A stretch of 49,961 nucleotides of DNA, filler included, from Porpidia crustulata (lineage: Eukaryota), in NCBI GenBank assembly GCA_964255105.1. It is 2 parts of 2 records of this genome, joined end to end, with 100 filler letters (N's around TTAATTAATTAA, not from the genome) between each part and the next. Parts side by side here need not be neighbours in the genome. Positions count along the whole stretch, not along the records: positions 1 to 24,968 come from CAXUWE010000053.1; 1 more part is not named here. One strand, 5' to 3'. The translations under genes and the position numbers were made by a program. The notes under the pieces are model-generated. The model ran no database searches. It saw nothing but the letters and a program-made list of their open reading frames with translations, and was not told where the DNA came from. Shown piece after piece: positions 1-12,867 of this stretch; positions within the stretch are counted from its first letter, which is position 1; each line of letters starts with the position of its first letter.

Positions 1-303
1 GTGGGTGGGGTGGGGTGCGGTGCGAAGATGACGGGTTGTCGAGTTGATATAGCTGCCTGCTTTCCATTGTCAGTGCTTGTGCTAATCTCAACTTACCACG
101 GCATTTGTGATCGGTCAGAGCTCGTTAAATGCTTTAGGGAAATTGATTGCAGTAGGAGATGAAATCATAATTCTCATAACATTGCTACATGCTTCGTGGA
201 AATGCTATACAATTTATGCTAATTGTAAGTCATGTACAATTTCCCAAACCCCGGACAATCCCCTCGGTAAACGTGGTCATTACTTAACCTTTGCTTTGGT
301 GAA

Positions 304-2213
304 TCAATGGTTACCATTGGCATGCCCATTCGACCCATTAGCTTTTGTACCATTGCTCCCCGAAGTAGCATGACTCTCCTGCTGATGCATACCCTTGACC
401 GGCGCGCCATTATTGGCAATGGCGGTGCCACCGACCGTCTTCATACCATTGGCACGCTTAACGTTATCCTTCTTCGTCATACCGTTGTGCGTGCCGTTGA
501 ACTGCATCTCCGCGATGCCCTCGTAGCCCTGGATGCCAGTGGCCTTTTCAAGACGGGTGGCGAGGTCGGGGCTGACCTCGCGGAAGATGGCGATTTGACG
601 CTTGAGGATTTCCTCCTTTGTGCACGCGGACATGTGACCGCTGACATTGTTGATGAAGCGTTGGCGGGCTTTCTCGTCGTAGACCTTCTCCCAAAGGGCG
701 CGAGAGGCGTTGAAGTCTTCAGGGCGGATCTCCGAAAGGAAGGTCACAGCGTTGGACGTAAAATGACCATGGACTTCGTCGAGATCGACCTTGCGCTCGC
801 GAAAGTGGATGGGCTCAATTGATGAGAGATAATTAGGACGAGATCCTTGGTTGTAAAAAGCCATGTTACCGTCGCGTTGAAAGTTTGCAACTCTATGGCT
901 GGTCTTGGAATCATTGACTGGAAGTTGCTGGTAGTTGACGCCGACGCGGTGACGGTGAGCATCCGGGTAAGAGAATAGACGTGACTGTAGGACTGGGTCG
1001 GCAGACGGCTCGATACCTGGAACCAGATGCGCAGGGTTGAATGCCGCCTGCTCGACTTCGGCAAAATAATTTTTTGGGTTCTCGTTCAAAGTGAACTCCC
1101 CGACTTTGCGGAGAGGGAATTGCTTGTGGGGCCAGATATGGGTCAAATCGAAGACATTGATCTTCTGATTCTCCCAAAGATCCTCGGCTTCCTTGGCCGT
1201 CATGGTTTGCCACTCCACAGTCCATGACGGGCAGTCGCCACGCTCAATGGCTTCATAAAGATCCTTCTGCGAATAGTCCGGTGACTTTGTGCCGGATTCC
1301 TCTTGCGTAAAAAACTTGGTGCCCTGCTTCGACTTCATGTGCATCTGCGCGTAGACCCAATCTCCGTTCTTATTGACGAGCTTGAGAGTGTGTCCGGCGT
1401 ATCCGTGCATGAAGCGGTAGCCATCAGGGATACCACGATCACCCATAAGAATCATAAGTTGATGGACAGACTCTGGGTTTTGTGAGAGGTAGTCCCAAAA
1501 CATGGTCGAGCTGCAAGCCGTTAGCTTTCGCTTGTAAGGTTTGATTGAATGGCACTTACTCATCAGCATGGGTCAGATGAGTTGATGGATCGCGCTTTTG
1601 AGTGTGGATAAAGTGAGGGAACTTGGCCGGATCTCGTAAGAAGAACACGGGCGTGTTATTCGCGACCATGTCCCAATTACCCTCCTCTGTGCGGAACTTG
1701 ACAGAGAAGCCTCGAGGGTCACGAGCACCTAAGATACGTGCGAAGTCAGCAGAGGCTCTATAGCCCAAGGCTACGATGCGGTATTGTGGCTATTACAAGG
1801 ATTAGAGGTAGCAAAGATGACTTACAGTCATGAGAGCCAGATTCGCCACCAACGGTAGAGAACCGTACGGTCAGAGGGCATGTCTTGCCCTTCTTACTGA
1901 ATATATCAGCCACGCATAGATCATCCATTGGATCTGTGCATGTAAAGGTCCCATGGGCTCCGCTGCCCTTGGCATGAACCACTCGCTCTGGGATTCTCTC
2001 GCGATCGAAGTGGGATATGAGATCAATCAAGTGAAAGTCCTGGAGCAGGAGTGGTCCGTTGACACCGACTCGCTGAGTTTCGTACGGATGAGGCACAGGG
2101 GCGCCATTGCTAGCGCTATAGACTGTCTCCTGCGAAGGTACATTACGGTCGTCCTCGTAGCTTCTGAACTGACCTTTGGAGCCGTGGGCTTGTACTGAAG
2201 CTTGGGTGGACAT
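304..2213 (-). CDS. Monofunctional heme catalase (small-subunit type), 3 exons: 2213-1826, 1728-1560, 1510-304
   Basis: Motifs [15 protein letters not shown] (distal His), [28 protein letters not shown] and RLFSYPDAH (proximal Tyr ligand). GT-AG introns 1825-1729 and 1559-1511 join three ORF-track pieces in frame. The C-terminus is GNH, with no PTS1. Confidence 0.96.
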
Positions 2214-2396
2214 GGCTGATCAAAATGTAGATATCGGAACTCGCGGAAGGCTGGTTTGAAGTGGTGGGAGTTTTTAAGTTGATGAAAGGATCAACTGGTG
2301 ATAGTATTGAAATGATGGTAATGTAGTCGGAGAACTGGAGGGCGAAGAGAGTAAGGTGAACTCGTTATATCTTATTGGTGGTGTATTGCCACTGAC

Positions 2397-2448
2397 TGAC
2401 TAACCTCATATCTCCGGGAAAGCTCAAAGGGGGAATAATGATGACGTA
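2397..2448. promoter_or_regulatory. Candidate Yap1-type (TGACTAA) and ATF/CRE-like (TGACGTA) sites upstream of catalase
   Basis: TGACTAA at 2397-2403 and TGACGTA at 2442-2448, about 185-235 nt upstream of the ATG. The motifs are short and could occur by chance. Confidence 0.3.
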
Positions 2449-2516
2449 TGACAGGACGAGTGGACTTGCCAATGTGATGAAAGGCATAAATGGGATACTC
2501 ATATTCNNNNNNNNNN

Positions 2517-2586
2517 GTTCGAAAACAGCACCTAGGGTTAGGACTAAAAGATCATGGGGCCCTAACCCTAGGTGCTGTTTTCGAAC
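2517..2586. repeat. Perfect 26-bp inverted repeat with an 18-nt loop, next to a 10-N gap
   Basis: gttcgaaaacagcacctagggttagg (2517-2542) is the exact reverse complement of cctaaccctaggtgctgttttcgaac (2561-2586). Confidence 0.9.
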
Positions 2587-4146
2587 TAGGGGTGTAATCG
2601 AAGGAGGGGTGAATACAAGTAATTACGGATAATAATAAGCGAGAATTATGAATTTATACCTGGCACGCTGCGTGACTATCACTACCCTATACGCCTCATT
2701 TGACTCTCAGATTTGGATAGAATACAGTAAATCAATAGAAAATCCAGAAAAGTTACTTGCATAAGATTGATCAATTTCAAAACAACCTATCGAACCGCCA
2801 TAACCATATTCACCGACTTCCCTCGAGGACAAGCAGCCTCGGGACTTATCAGCCACGTCATAAAGGGAGGGGGAAATTTGATTGAAAGAGCGTAATATCA
2901 GTGTTACACCAGTAGGACTTGTGTCTTATTCAAGGCCCGGTTCGATGTGGAAAAGAAAGACGCGAGCGACGGAGCATGATCCAGAAACGTAGCTCACCTT
3001 GATCTATCGACTCTTTACATTTTCAATTGTGATCCTCCCCCGACAACTTTTACTAGTGAAATCTATGGCGTATCGAATGGTATTGCTTTTTCAGTACATG
3101 ACGACAGGGCTTCTTCATCTCAAGCAAAAATTATCTTGATGCTTCGGAATGTTAAAACACACATTCAGTATTATTCTTGTAGGTGCATATGAACCTACTT
3201 CCGTTTGCCATCAATACTTAACGACCACTCGAAATCGTTCGAAAAGACTAGCTCGTCAAACCGGGGTGAAATTTGCCTTCCAAGCAACTTTCGCCGAGAC
3301 CTGCCGAGCGGCTGATGCTGATACTCTACCCTATCGCCGTTGACAGCTTTTTTCTCGGGAATATATTCTCATGCTTGATTCTCATTATCCTCGGATACCG
3401 GAGTAACTAAATCCATGGTACCGACACGAGTATCCCCAGTAATCTCATCACTGCTTGCGGCTTCGCTTGATTTTCCTCGGGCACGATCCAAGTGGCAATA
3501 TTGGAAGTGAAGTAAGAAGCTCAGATTTTGAATCTGCACTTCAACCACATGCAAGATGGTCTATTGCCACCGCCATCATGCAAGTGTAGGACGTGTCGGA
3601 TTAAGGAGGTGATGGGGTGAGGAGTCGCAATAACGTATCACTGGTGATAGATGATACGGGACGAATAGACGCGGTCAACAGTTTCAATGCCGATGATGAT
3701 TTAAAGCTTTACCACGCCTTAGCCATGGACTTCCTCAACGATTGAATATATCATGCCGATGTGGTTAGGAAGAATTGTTACGGCGAGGACTCAAAGAAAA
3801 AGACATGAGAAAGGAGATAAGAATACGTTCCGATTGGGAATGGTCGCAGTCTATCTTTTACCCTTGATCAAGGCTATTGGGAACTTCTACTGAAAGAATC
3901 TCAAGAATAAAAACAGGAGTATTAAGTCTTCGTGATGTTCTCCGAGGACACATTCGTATAAGACTGTATTCTGAATTATTGTATGCTTTCATCTATGTTT
4001 GTACATCTTGTTGGTCTTTGTCCTCGGCAACATCGCCCAAATTTCGGACACAACAAATCCCAAAGCAGAATTGATCCATTTTATCTAGTCATGGATGGCA
4101 TAAATATCATCCTGAGGCCATTCAGACATGTATGCTCCATCTAGCA

Positions 4147-4985
4147 TTACACTGCGTGCAGTCTTACATGAAAGAGCTCTGTATGCCTGATCTCCTTGAT
4201 ACCCAACAGGTGATAGATATTCTGTTGAAAGTCCTCGCTATTCGAGAACTTTGCATGTGCCTCTACGTCTGTCCAACCTACCAAGTTCATATAAACCTGG
4301 CTCATCTCACCGTCGCTGGCCTGAGGACCTGGATTCGGGACCGTTTCTTCTAGCGTCCATCCATCATATACGGCGAGCGCATTGGAGCATTCCATGACGG
4401 GCCGTATTTTTATGACGGAGGACATGACCGTTTCACGTTCACCACGGGAAAGGGTGGACGGGAAGTAGAAGAAGACGACCTCGGCGGCGCGAACTTTGTT
4501 GTTGACACCGAGAGCAGGAGATGGGTCGCCAGAGGGACTGAATGGAACGTGCAAAACGCTTATAGGCTTTTCTTCGTTGATGATAGACCGCATGCGATTG
4601 ACGTGGGCTTCGTGATCGCTCTTCGGTTGGGGTCGTCAGTGATGACAGCATAATGATGGAATATCTGACTCGTGTCATCCAAACATGAAACAGTGGATAA
4701 AGACGGAAAAGTGCAGGCGTTTCAAGAACTGACAAGAACAACCTTCACTTACGACGAACTCATGAAGTTCTTGTGGTCGTCGATGGAATCCCAACCCACG
4801 AAGATGATCACCATCTCCGGCCGCTCAATGAAAGATCCGTAGTACGCATGATGGGCGCCTCGGGCCGCGAGCTCCGAGCTTAATGTCTCCCGAATTATTT
4901 TGTTTGCGACAGAGTCGGGATCGACGAGGCTCGCATTAGGTTTTGTCTCAAAAGTAACTATCTCTGTGAGCATGATGACTTGCAT
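4147..4985 (-). CDS. Dimeric alpha/beta-barrel (ABM-like) fungal protein, 2 exons (~4985-4753, ~4618-4147)
   Basis: Two repeated halves with GW-x-x-x-x-x-H-x-x-F motifs (VGWDSIDDHKNF; VGWTDVEAHAKF). GTAAGT donor at 4752; the acceptor is uncertain. Confidence 0.65.
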
Positions 4986-5095
4986 ATATTACACTATGTA
5001 TAAGAGATATATAAGAAGTCCGAGATAGCAGGAATGGGAATCTTTAACGGCAGCTTCGAGGTACAAAGTTGAGAAGCATAAGAAAGCTATGCTAT

Positions 5096-5283
5096 CCCTT
5101 CAGCTGACAGTCGGTGTGTCATCAGGATTATCGGGCATCACATCAAAAGGGAATCACTATACCTATATAAGCTACGTTGAAGGATTAAAGCTTGCCAATA
5201 TAGGTATAGTCTAGCGGTTAGGGTACGCTTGTATAGGTATAGTGCCTATAATCCTGGTGGCACACCGACCGCCAGCTAAAGGG
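5096..5283. mobile_element. Degenerate non-autonomous TIR element (MITE) with piggyBac-like CCC...GGG|TTAA termini
   Basis: The first 36 nt match the reverse complement of the last 36 nt at 31/36, and all mismatches are transitions. An inner IR at 5155-5172 vs 5227-5244 matches 17/18. TTAA lies at 5284-5287; the left flank is CTAT. Confidence 0.7.
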
Positions 5284-5521
5284 TTAAATAGATATTGAGA
5301 CGATCGCAGTCCCGAATACTACGCATCAATGACTATACAGTACGTGGGTATCTACCAGATGCAAGTGTTTCACCCTGTTGCGACGCGTAAACGGACATAT
5401 GTACATTCGTTAACTAATTGTTTAGTTACGCTCCTATTTGCTTTCGCCTCTGAGCCTCGTCAATGATCAGACCGTTTCACTTATCCTAAAGTAGCAAAAG
5501 CCTTCAATACACGCACAATCC

Positions 5522-6787
5522 CTACGGCTCGCCATGAATCTGTATATCATGTTGCACTCGAATCGCATTAGGATCACTCATCCAATCTTCGCCTACTCCG
5601 TCGATATCTGAAGGCGATTTTGCCACTGCCTGTGTTTCCCTGAAGTTCTTGCTGTATTCCAGCTTGATAAGTGATTCCTTGTTCGGACGGCTAAAGTCTT
5701 TTCTGCTAAAGCCGCGAGGTTCGGAAGTTCCAATGCTGTGCTTAGCCATCTTGAGCTGGTTCTGAGGAGCAGCCTTCTCCGAAAAACGTGGGATCTTCGA
5801 CACTACGGGTCCGATGTATTTCGAGAAGACAGGTGGAAGTGTGGGAAGGTAAGCAACAATAATGCCTAGCCATACTTCAAGAAGCGTTACTAGCTCAATT
5901 TCACCCAATCCATATATGAAATCAGTCCTGGTGGCTGATTGTGCGGTAATTTGGATTCTCCATCCCGAAATACCGACAACTCTGGGAAAGCGGATCAGTC
6001 GCTGAGATATGAAATAAAATTCGTCAAGATCTTATCAGTAGACTTACAAGAGCCCGAGACCAAATAGACAGCTTATGGCGACCTTTTTCCTGATGCGCAT
6101 TTGAAGGCCCCACAGCGGCCACACTGGGAGTACAACAATAGAAGTGTCAAGAACCATGTTTACGCTGACAGAGGCAATTGCTTCAACGTTCACGTCTTTG
6201 CAATACCCTCCCGGAATCGGATTCCAGGGGTAAGATAGCGGCCGACAACTGGTGAAGAACACGCAAAGAAACATAACGCCGTATGATGCGGCAAAAAACA
6301 TCAGGACACGCGCAACAATCTTGAAGTTCTTAGTTGTAAAGATGCATGTGTAAAGCCAGAGAATGGAAAGTTTGCAGAAGACTGTTGCAAAGAGCCAAGT
6401 AAAGCCCGAGCCCAGCAAAACCTGACCATACTGTAGTCAGCTTGGTCTTTCCTTATGTTTCTCAGCATGTCCAGTCTGCCGTACTTTGTATTGTACACCT
6501 ATCTCATCGTTAAGTTCCGATGCGCGAGCACCAAGACCATTAGCAATGCCCCACCAATTTACGCCTTCCAACGCTAGAGTACTGATCTATGGTATGGATA
6601 AGTCAACTGTTTAGAGGTGAGAGAGAGCTATACTCACGTATGCAATAACGATGAGATAGTCACCTGGACGAGGAGCCCGCCGCTTGATCCTAGCTGCTTG
6701 AAAGCGGAGCGCAAGAATAACGGTGATGATGACGGTAAAAACCACAAACCATATTGCGAGCGAGACTCCCTGACTACTGAGAAGCAT
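5522..6787 (-). CDS. PTH11-like (fungal rhodopsin-domain) integral membrane protein without CFEM, 4 exons
   Basis: Spliced translation MLLSSQGVSLAIW...LALRF...GDYLIVIAY|ISTLALEG...GLG...|...CKLSILWLY...CRPLSYPWNP..GYC...DTSIVVLP...LWGLQM..RKK...FGLG|...EVWLGIIVAYLPTL shows the family pattern. Introns are GT-AG. Confidence 0.88.
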
Positions 6788-7779
6788 TTCAATAGGTACG
6801 AAACGGCGTTTCTCTATGATGATGAGTTAAGATCAGAGGAAGACTCTAGCTGAAGTGTTCTTTCGGAAGCAATTAACATAATACGGCATTATTGTGGCCG
6901 GCTATCATAAGAAAAAGAAAGATTGTGTAACCGTATCGCTGCATACCAAGTTTGCAGGCAAGCGGAAGCGTGTTTTGTCTGTTAGATTCCACATGGAGTT
7001 CCGGCTATATGCATCTCTCTACGTCTTGTCACAGTCCCTGGCGTAGAAGCCGGAATGTACCCCCTTCCCAAGTGCCCTGTACATGATGAGGGGAAACAAC
7101 ACCCAGTGTTTTCGTAAGACTGACTCATGACAGGTCTCAGTCTTTCTTAAGGTGGTGGAATGATCAGGCGGCATTGACAGTCTTGTGAGGAATGCGAGCG
7201 GCTGTAGTCGAAATAGTTGGTTCAGAATCCATCATATTCTGGTGCTGGGCGAACGGTGGGGAGGTTTTTGCCTCATTGAGATGAATTTGGCCGTAATTGG
7301 CCGCAATCAGGTGTCTGCGCCTCGCCCGTGTAACGTCAATGGAACCGTCAGAGCTCCTTTATCTTATCCTTGCTCTTTCGTTGCTTGCACACCAATGAAT
7401 CGATCTCAACTGTCTCGTCCAAATGCTTTTCCAACCCTCAAAACATTCTCGGAGTAAATAGAAAATGGTAAGTATGAGGCACCTTCAGGCATGTTGATAG
7501 AGATGATCGGCAAATAAGCATGAGCTCTTACTTTTTGAAACATGGTAGGATTCCCCTCTCAAGGTTTCCTGCATGTTCGTGTCGGATTGACGAGCTGGAT
7601 ACTTGGCTCCGCCTATCTAAATTGAGAGGCGTACACCTAGGTCAATCTTGCCAGGCATCGAGGATGATGAAAAGGCTGAGATGAAGGACAGCTCGAAGAC
7701 CACTGACGTGCATTGGAACAAAGCACTCGCTTTTCTTTTAACTTTTAGATTTTGACTTTCGGACCATTACTGCATGCCC

Positions 7780-8970
7780 ATCTATTGTTCCCCTTTTGAC
7801 GCGCGCTTCCAATTATTAGTCGTTTTGCACCACCATTCTGGCTGATCAAAGTTGGGTTTGCATTTTTATCCTGGTTTTGGAAGATTGGAGATTTGTTCGC
7901 AATGCTGGAGTTCTGTAATCAGCAGTCAAGGAATCACATGATAGCTGGTCCTCCATGAGTCCCATCTACCATGGGCCATTCATCGTTCCCCTGTCTGACT
8001 TACTTACTAGACAAATCCTGAGGACATAGATATCCCATCCTTCTTCCTCGACGAAGCAGCTAGAGTAGGAAGTAGTGCGCAAGGGCAGAGCTGGCTGAAA
8101 GGTGATACATCAATAGTCATCGTTGCAAGGAAGTATGCGATGAATGCATAACCTACTATATTTTTAATTCACGATTCTGCAGTCTTCAGAGCTGTAAATT
8201 GTGTTTTAGTTGTCTGACTTCGATGAATAGTGACACTACTGCTTCGAGCTTGACGTTCTGGATCTACTGCATCGCCAAACATTCTGAACATGCAGACAAG
8301 GCTCGCGGCGAATTCGCTGGAGTTGATTCTCTCGACCTCGACTGTATCTCTACGCTACCCCATCTGAATGGCGCCATTCATGAGTCAATGCGTCTTTTCC
8401 CCGCGGTAACGACAATTATCACCAGGGAGACTCCATGAGAGGGCATTACTATAGGAGAAACCTTTATTCCTGGGAACAAAAAGATACTAGCTCCCCGCTG
8501 AACGATCGTCAATAGTGAGTCGTTACCTGCAGCCTTTTAAATCATACTACATAAGAGCTCTCGTCTGAGGCGAGAAACCCCAATTATAGGCGAAGCCTGC
8601 TTCGAACATAGCAAGGAGTCATCTCAGAGCGCTGGCACAGTAAACCGGAGATGGTGAAAGTTAGGCATGCGTTTGCACCATTTGGGAAGGATCAGTCTTC
8701 AGCCTAGAATATCTCAATTACCTTTGCTCTACTGTCTATGTCAGAATGAGAAGAGCTAATCAGATTTCCCCATACCAGTAGGTCGTGCGAGTTGCGTAGA
8801 GCAAGGACTCGCAATGACTCGGCTACGGTTGGGACTGGCCTCACTCGTGAAACAGGTCCATATCGGATTCTTGCTGGGTGAGGATGGGAAAGAAGTCCTC
8901 GAGGATATGAGGGGATTAGCTCACGACGCAGCTCGAAAGATTATAGCTTCTTTTCAAGCCGAGAGAATGA
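7780..8970 (+). pseudogene. Cytochrome P450 pseudogene (5'-truncated)
   Basis: I-helix IVAR|SDTT and ExxR (ESMR) are present. The PERW motif is broken by a 1-nt deletion near 8620. The heme motif reads FAPFGKG|RASCVE (terminal G->E). In-frame TGA at 8436-8438 and 8499-8501. No N-terminal portion is recognisable. Confidence 0.88.
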
Positions 8971-11294
8971 CATGATGTAAACGCTTAGGAAGCGATGGGT
9001 GTTCAAGCGAGAGTAGATGGACAGAAATAGGCAGGTGAGTAGAGCTATTCTAATAATCGACAAAACCCTGTACGGATAATCTCTTCTGGATCCTTGTTCA
9101 ATTCTATATACTCATCAGGAACAGGTACTGCTGAGAACGCCCCTTTCATTCTTCGTGTTCGTATCGTTGCTACCATCCCCCCTTCTTCCACTTCCTGAAC
9201 CTTGCGATGCCGGGGCTGGAAAGCGCGACACTGAGTACTAAGAACGGGGATACCGCATGTGCCGATGATAGGGGTTGTCGTTTGACATTTGGTAGGGTGC
9301 CGTGTGGTAGGGCAAGGAAAAATATGCGGCGGAACGAGGCCAAAGCTCTAGCACTAGGCCTACAAAGCTGATAATGCGGCTGGGGTTTGTCTCCAGCAAT
9401 TGAGAGCCTTATTATTTTTAATGCATAATTGTAGTTGGACATTGCTTGAGTTACTACTCTATCTCCACACTCATCTGCATGATAAATGTTGTAGTGATAG
9501 AGCGTGCACTTGACATGTCTCTGCTCGATGATATAATCTCGTAATAGATGTTTATCCTCATCTCAAATTGCTGAGTTGGAAAGAAAGCGTAGAGGTAGAA
9601 CTACATACATCGGCAGAGAGCCATGAGTATATCGAGCTCTTCACTGTTGGAAATCTAGCTCTCGAGCTCTGAGACAACGACGTAAATACAACCCTATCAA
9701 GTGATATGTCCATTCGTACTATAGACTTTCTGATTCCCACTCACTCAGTCCCTTCGAAATTATGCCCTTTGTTGGTAATATTAGACGTGCGAGCTCTGGT
9801 TCTGCTTCAAAATTCCCTTCTACCCTCAGCTGTTGGACTGCCATCTATGCGGCGGGAGTACTATTTGAACACAAGTTCGACGAGATCGAAGCTATTCCGA
9901 TCATGACAGCAGGTAGAGATCTACCTCAACGAGCTCGCTCACTCTACAAGGTATGAAGAAGCCGATCCCTGAAGATCCGCTGCTTTCTTGACGGCAAGTA
10001 AAATTGTCGAGCTGAAAGTGATCAAGAGGCGCGGATCTTGGCTTTCCTGACACCAACTGAGCGCCTGATTTGGGGTTTGCCCTTTTCTTATTTAGCTCTT
10101 CTGTAGCTACCAAGTTAGTCCTCCACGAGCACCTTGGAGTGATTTATGATACTGGATGCTGCGTTAAGGTTTGGTAGATATCTACACAACGTAGTGGCAA
10201 ACTAGATGAAGGAAGGCTTAAACATTTCCGAAAGTACAATTTTGTAAGAGATCGTTAAGCTTGTCGAGGAGGGGGGATTGTTGCAAATCTGGGCTAACCT
10301 CGGAGACAATATCTGATGATAGTTGTCGACGTTGGTTTCTGTCGTTCCTGTAACACGTAGAAAGCCAATTCATGTGATGCTGAATCTAGAGTAACATAGC
10401 TTGCTTCTTACTCAATAATTGACAAAAATATCGACATCGTTAATGTACTGACTTTCACTGAAGGCGTCACAATGCTGATAATCACTGCCGTTTTTGGTGA
10501 CTGCCCAAGTGACTGAGAGTCAATAACAAGTGACTGTGGGAGATTTGACGGGCGAGGAAGAGGAGCGAGGAAGTTTCATTGCGAGGGGTATAAAAGAGTT
10601 TAACGAGGGCGATGATAGAATTTCCTGTAAAGGGACTTCCGGCGACATGCGACTCGTCGCTACAGAAGTAAGACTTCGGACGCATATTAAGTGACGTTAA
10701 TAAACGTCGAGAAAGAAGACAATGAGTGCACAAGAGCGTTGGAAATTTCTTTCTAAAAAAACAATCTTAGGCCTAACGAAGCATCGATTCGAAAAGGGCA
10801 GAATAATGTAGCTTTGTCGTAAACATCATGCTATGACAATCTAGTGTGCTTTATCACCGAGAGAAGGCCCGTCAAGGATTAGAAAAGATTCGCTGAACGA
10901 AACAGAAACACTTAAATTTGTATTGCGAAGTTTACCAAAGTATATCGAAACACAGCTCCTGGTATTTTGAAGATTCGAATTCTCCAATTGGCATATCACG
11001 AAGACCTGTCTCTAGCACACATTCTGATGATTGATTTTGGAAAGGGGATTAAATGATTTTGTGTTTCGTGCTATGCATTGAAAGTGTGGATGATTGATTA
11101 ATATTTATTGATTCGCACGAGATCGACGAGGCAATTAGGCACTGCTAGGCTGCAAGGCGGCGAGGCTCTAGTACATCGATGTCGGGATTCGACAATCGTA
11201 TTATTGATAAGTCACAGTCTTCAGAAGCCATAGGATTTCCCGCCCATCTCTTTCATCACCACTGGCGGTCACACAATCCTGGGACTTAGTCGTC

Positions 11295-12867
11295 ATGACA
11301 ACCCGCCCGAGAACCCCCGGGCGGAGGCGGTCCACTGGCACCGTCTCCCCATCTGATGGCATCCCTCTCGACGTACTACGACAAGCCTTCGTTCACAACT
11401 CATCCTCCGAATCTTCACATCTCTCATCCTCACCAGAGTCGTCCTCTGCTACACCTCCTTCCTCGGCAGAACGTGCTGTAGCCGCGGAAACATGGCCCTC
11501 ACCAAACAACGCAGATTCCGCCATACCTGAAACCATATCATCCCGACCACCATCGACATCTCCTACAACAACAAGTCTCGCAGGAGTGGATGTACGGACT
11601 CCGAGCGATCAAGGCCGCTCAACCCAACATGGCGTTGGTCGGGAAACACAGACTTTGCAAGAGCAGGAGGCAGGGCCCGAGATGGACGCAAGAGGTGCAT
11701 GGTGGCTTTGTATTGGTAGATGGGTTTTCACTCGGAATTGGTTTCAATCTATGCTGGGAATATCTTCATTGGTAGTGACGATGCTATCGCTGTTCATCTA
11801 CGGGCTCAGATCCTACGAGATGGCCAAGTGGTCGGAGCGCAATGACCTGCTACAGATGTGTGCGGGCCTTATTCAGGTAGATCCCATGGCTTTTTGAAAG
11901 GATTCAACTTACTTATACATAAACAGGCCAATGTTTCTGGAGGTCCTAATTGCGAAAGGATTCTCCATGAAGGTCCGACCTTACCACCGTATTCCAAGAG
12001 GGCTATCGAGCACAGTAATAGGATGGCAGCTCACGCGACGACAAACAGCACGACGGCCTTGGCCAACCTTATCTTTCGACAAAACAGACTGCACAAATTT
12101 ACGTAGACTACGGCTTTGGTAGAATTGGCAATTGTTTGTTAGCAATACTCTCGGGTTTAGTCATCCTCGCAGGCCTTTTAGTATTCAATCGCTCCCGGCC
12201 AACCGGAGAACCGGTTTTCACAAGTCCAGCTCGATCGGGAGACACTGTAAGGGGGACGCGAGGCCCTCAAGGATCAAAAGCCATCACACCTGTGGGTCTA
12301 GCGCAGACTACAACACATAATCAACTGAAGAATCGGGGTTCGGAGCAAATGCGCCGGCGTCCGGTCCAAGACCGTGGTCAACCAGAAGAGGACATATCAA
12401 ACACTGAAAGAAGGCCGTCTCAAGGAACCAATTTCTGGAATGGTTCAGAAGATACGTTGATGGCTACTTGGACGGAATCGAGTAGCAGAAGAGTATCTAT
12501 GACTACTCCCTCTGACGACTTCAAAGTCCATGAGGGACTGATTGAGTTAGATCCAACCAAGCATACAAAGAATTACCTCGATCCCCAAACTGGAGTGTCC
12601 AACCATTCGTTGCCTTGGAAAAGCACCCATAGCGATGATGAAGATGACGGAACCCCTCAGATCCTCAAACCCCCGAAGGAGGGAACTGTGAAACGGGCAC
12701 TCGTGGGAATGAGTGTTGGTGGTGCTGCTTTGGCACCTGGAACTGCCATGAAAGATCAAATAGAGCGGACCTTGGAGACAAAGGAGCGCATTCCCCAGCA
12801 AGCGGGCGACTGCCTTGCTGGAGAGGTCACGAATGAATCTCCAACTTGCAAGCTGTCTCGCGCTTGA
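11295..12867 (+). CDS. Hypothetical membrane protein (S/P-rich N-terminus, 2 hydrophobic segments); possibly frameshifted
   Basis: ORF 11295-11876 joins a second exon through intron ~11877-11926 (GTAGAT...AAACAG). That frame stops at 12106, while the TM-containing ORF 12136-12867 is in another frame. Confidence 0.45.

Noticed and set aside
1..24. G-rich GTGGG repeats (possible G-quadruplex or telomere)
   Set aside because: Short, cut by the window edge and not a TTAGGG array; most likely a simple repeat.
307..822. 171-aa plus-strand ORF
   Set aside because: Antisense shadow of the catalase CDS.
7115..7144. 8-bp IR overlapping TGACTCA (Gcn4/CpcA-type site)
   Set aside because: Too short to distinguish from chance.
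9558..10113. Short ORFs, one ending ARSLYK (possible TPR/NB-ARC remnant)
   Set aside because: No continuous frame or diagnostic motif.
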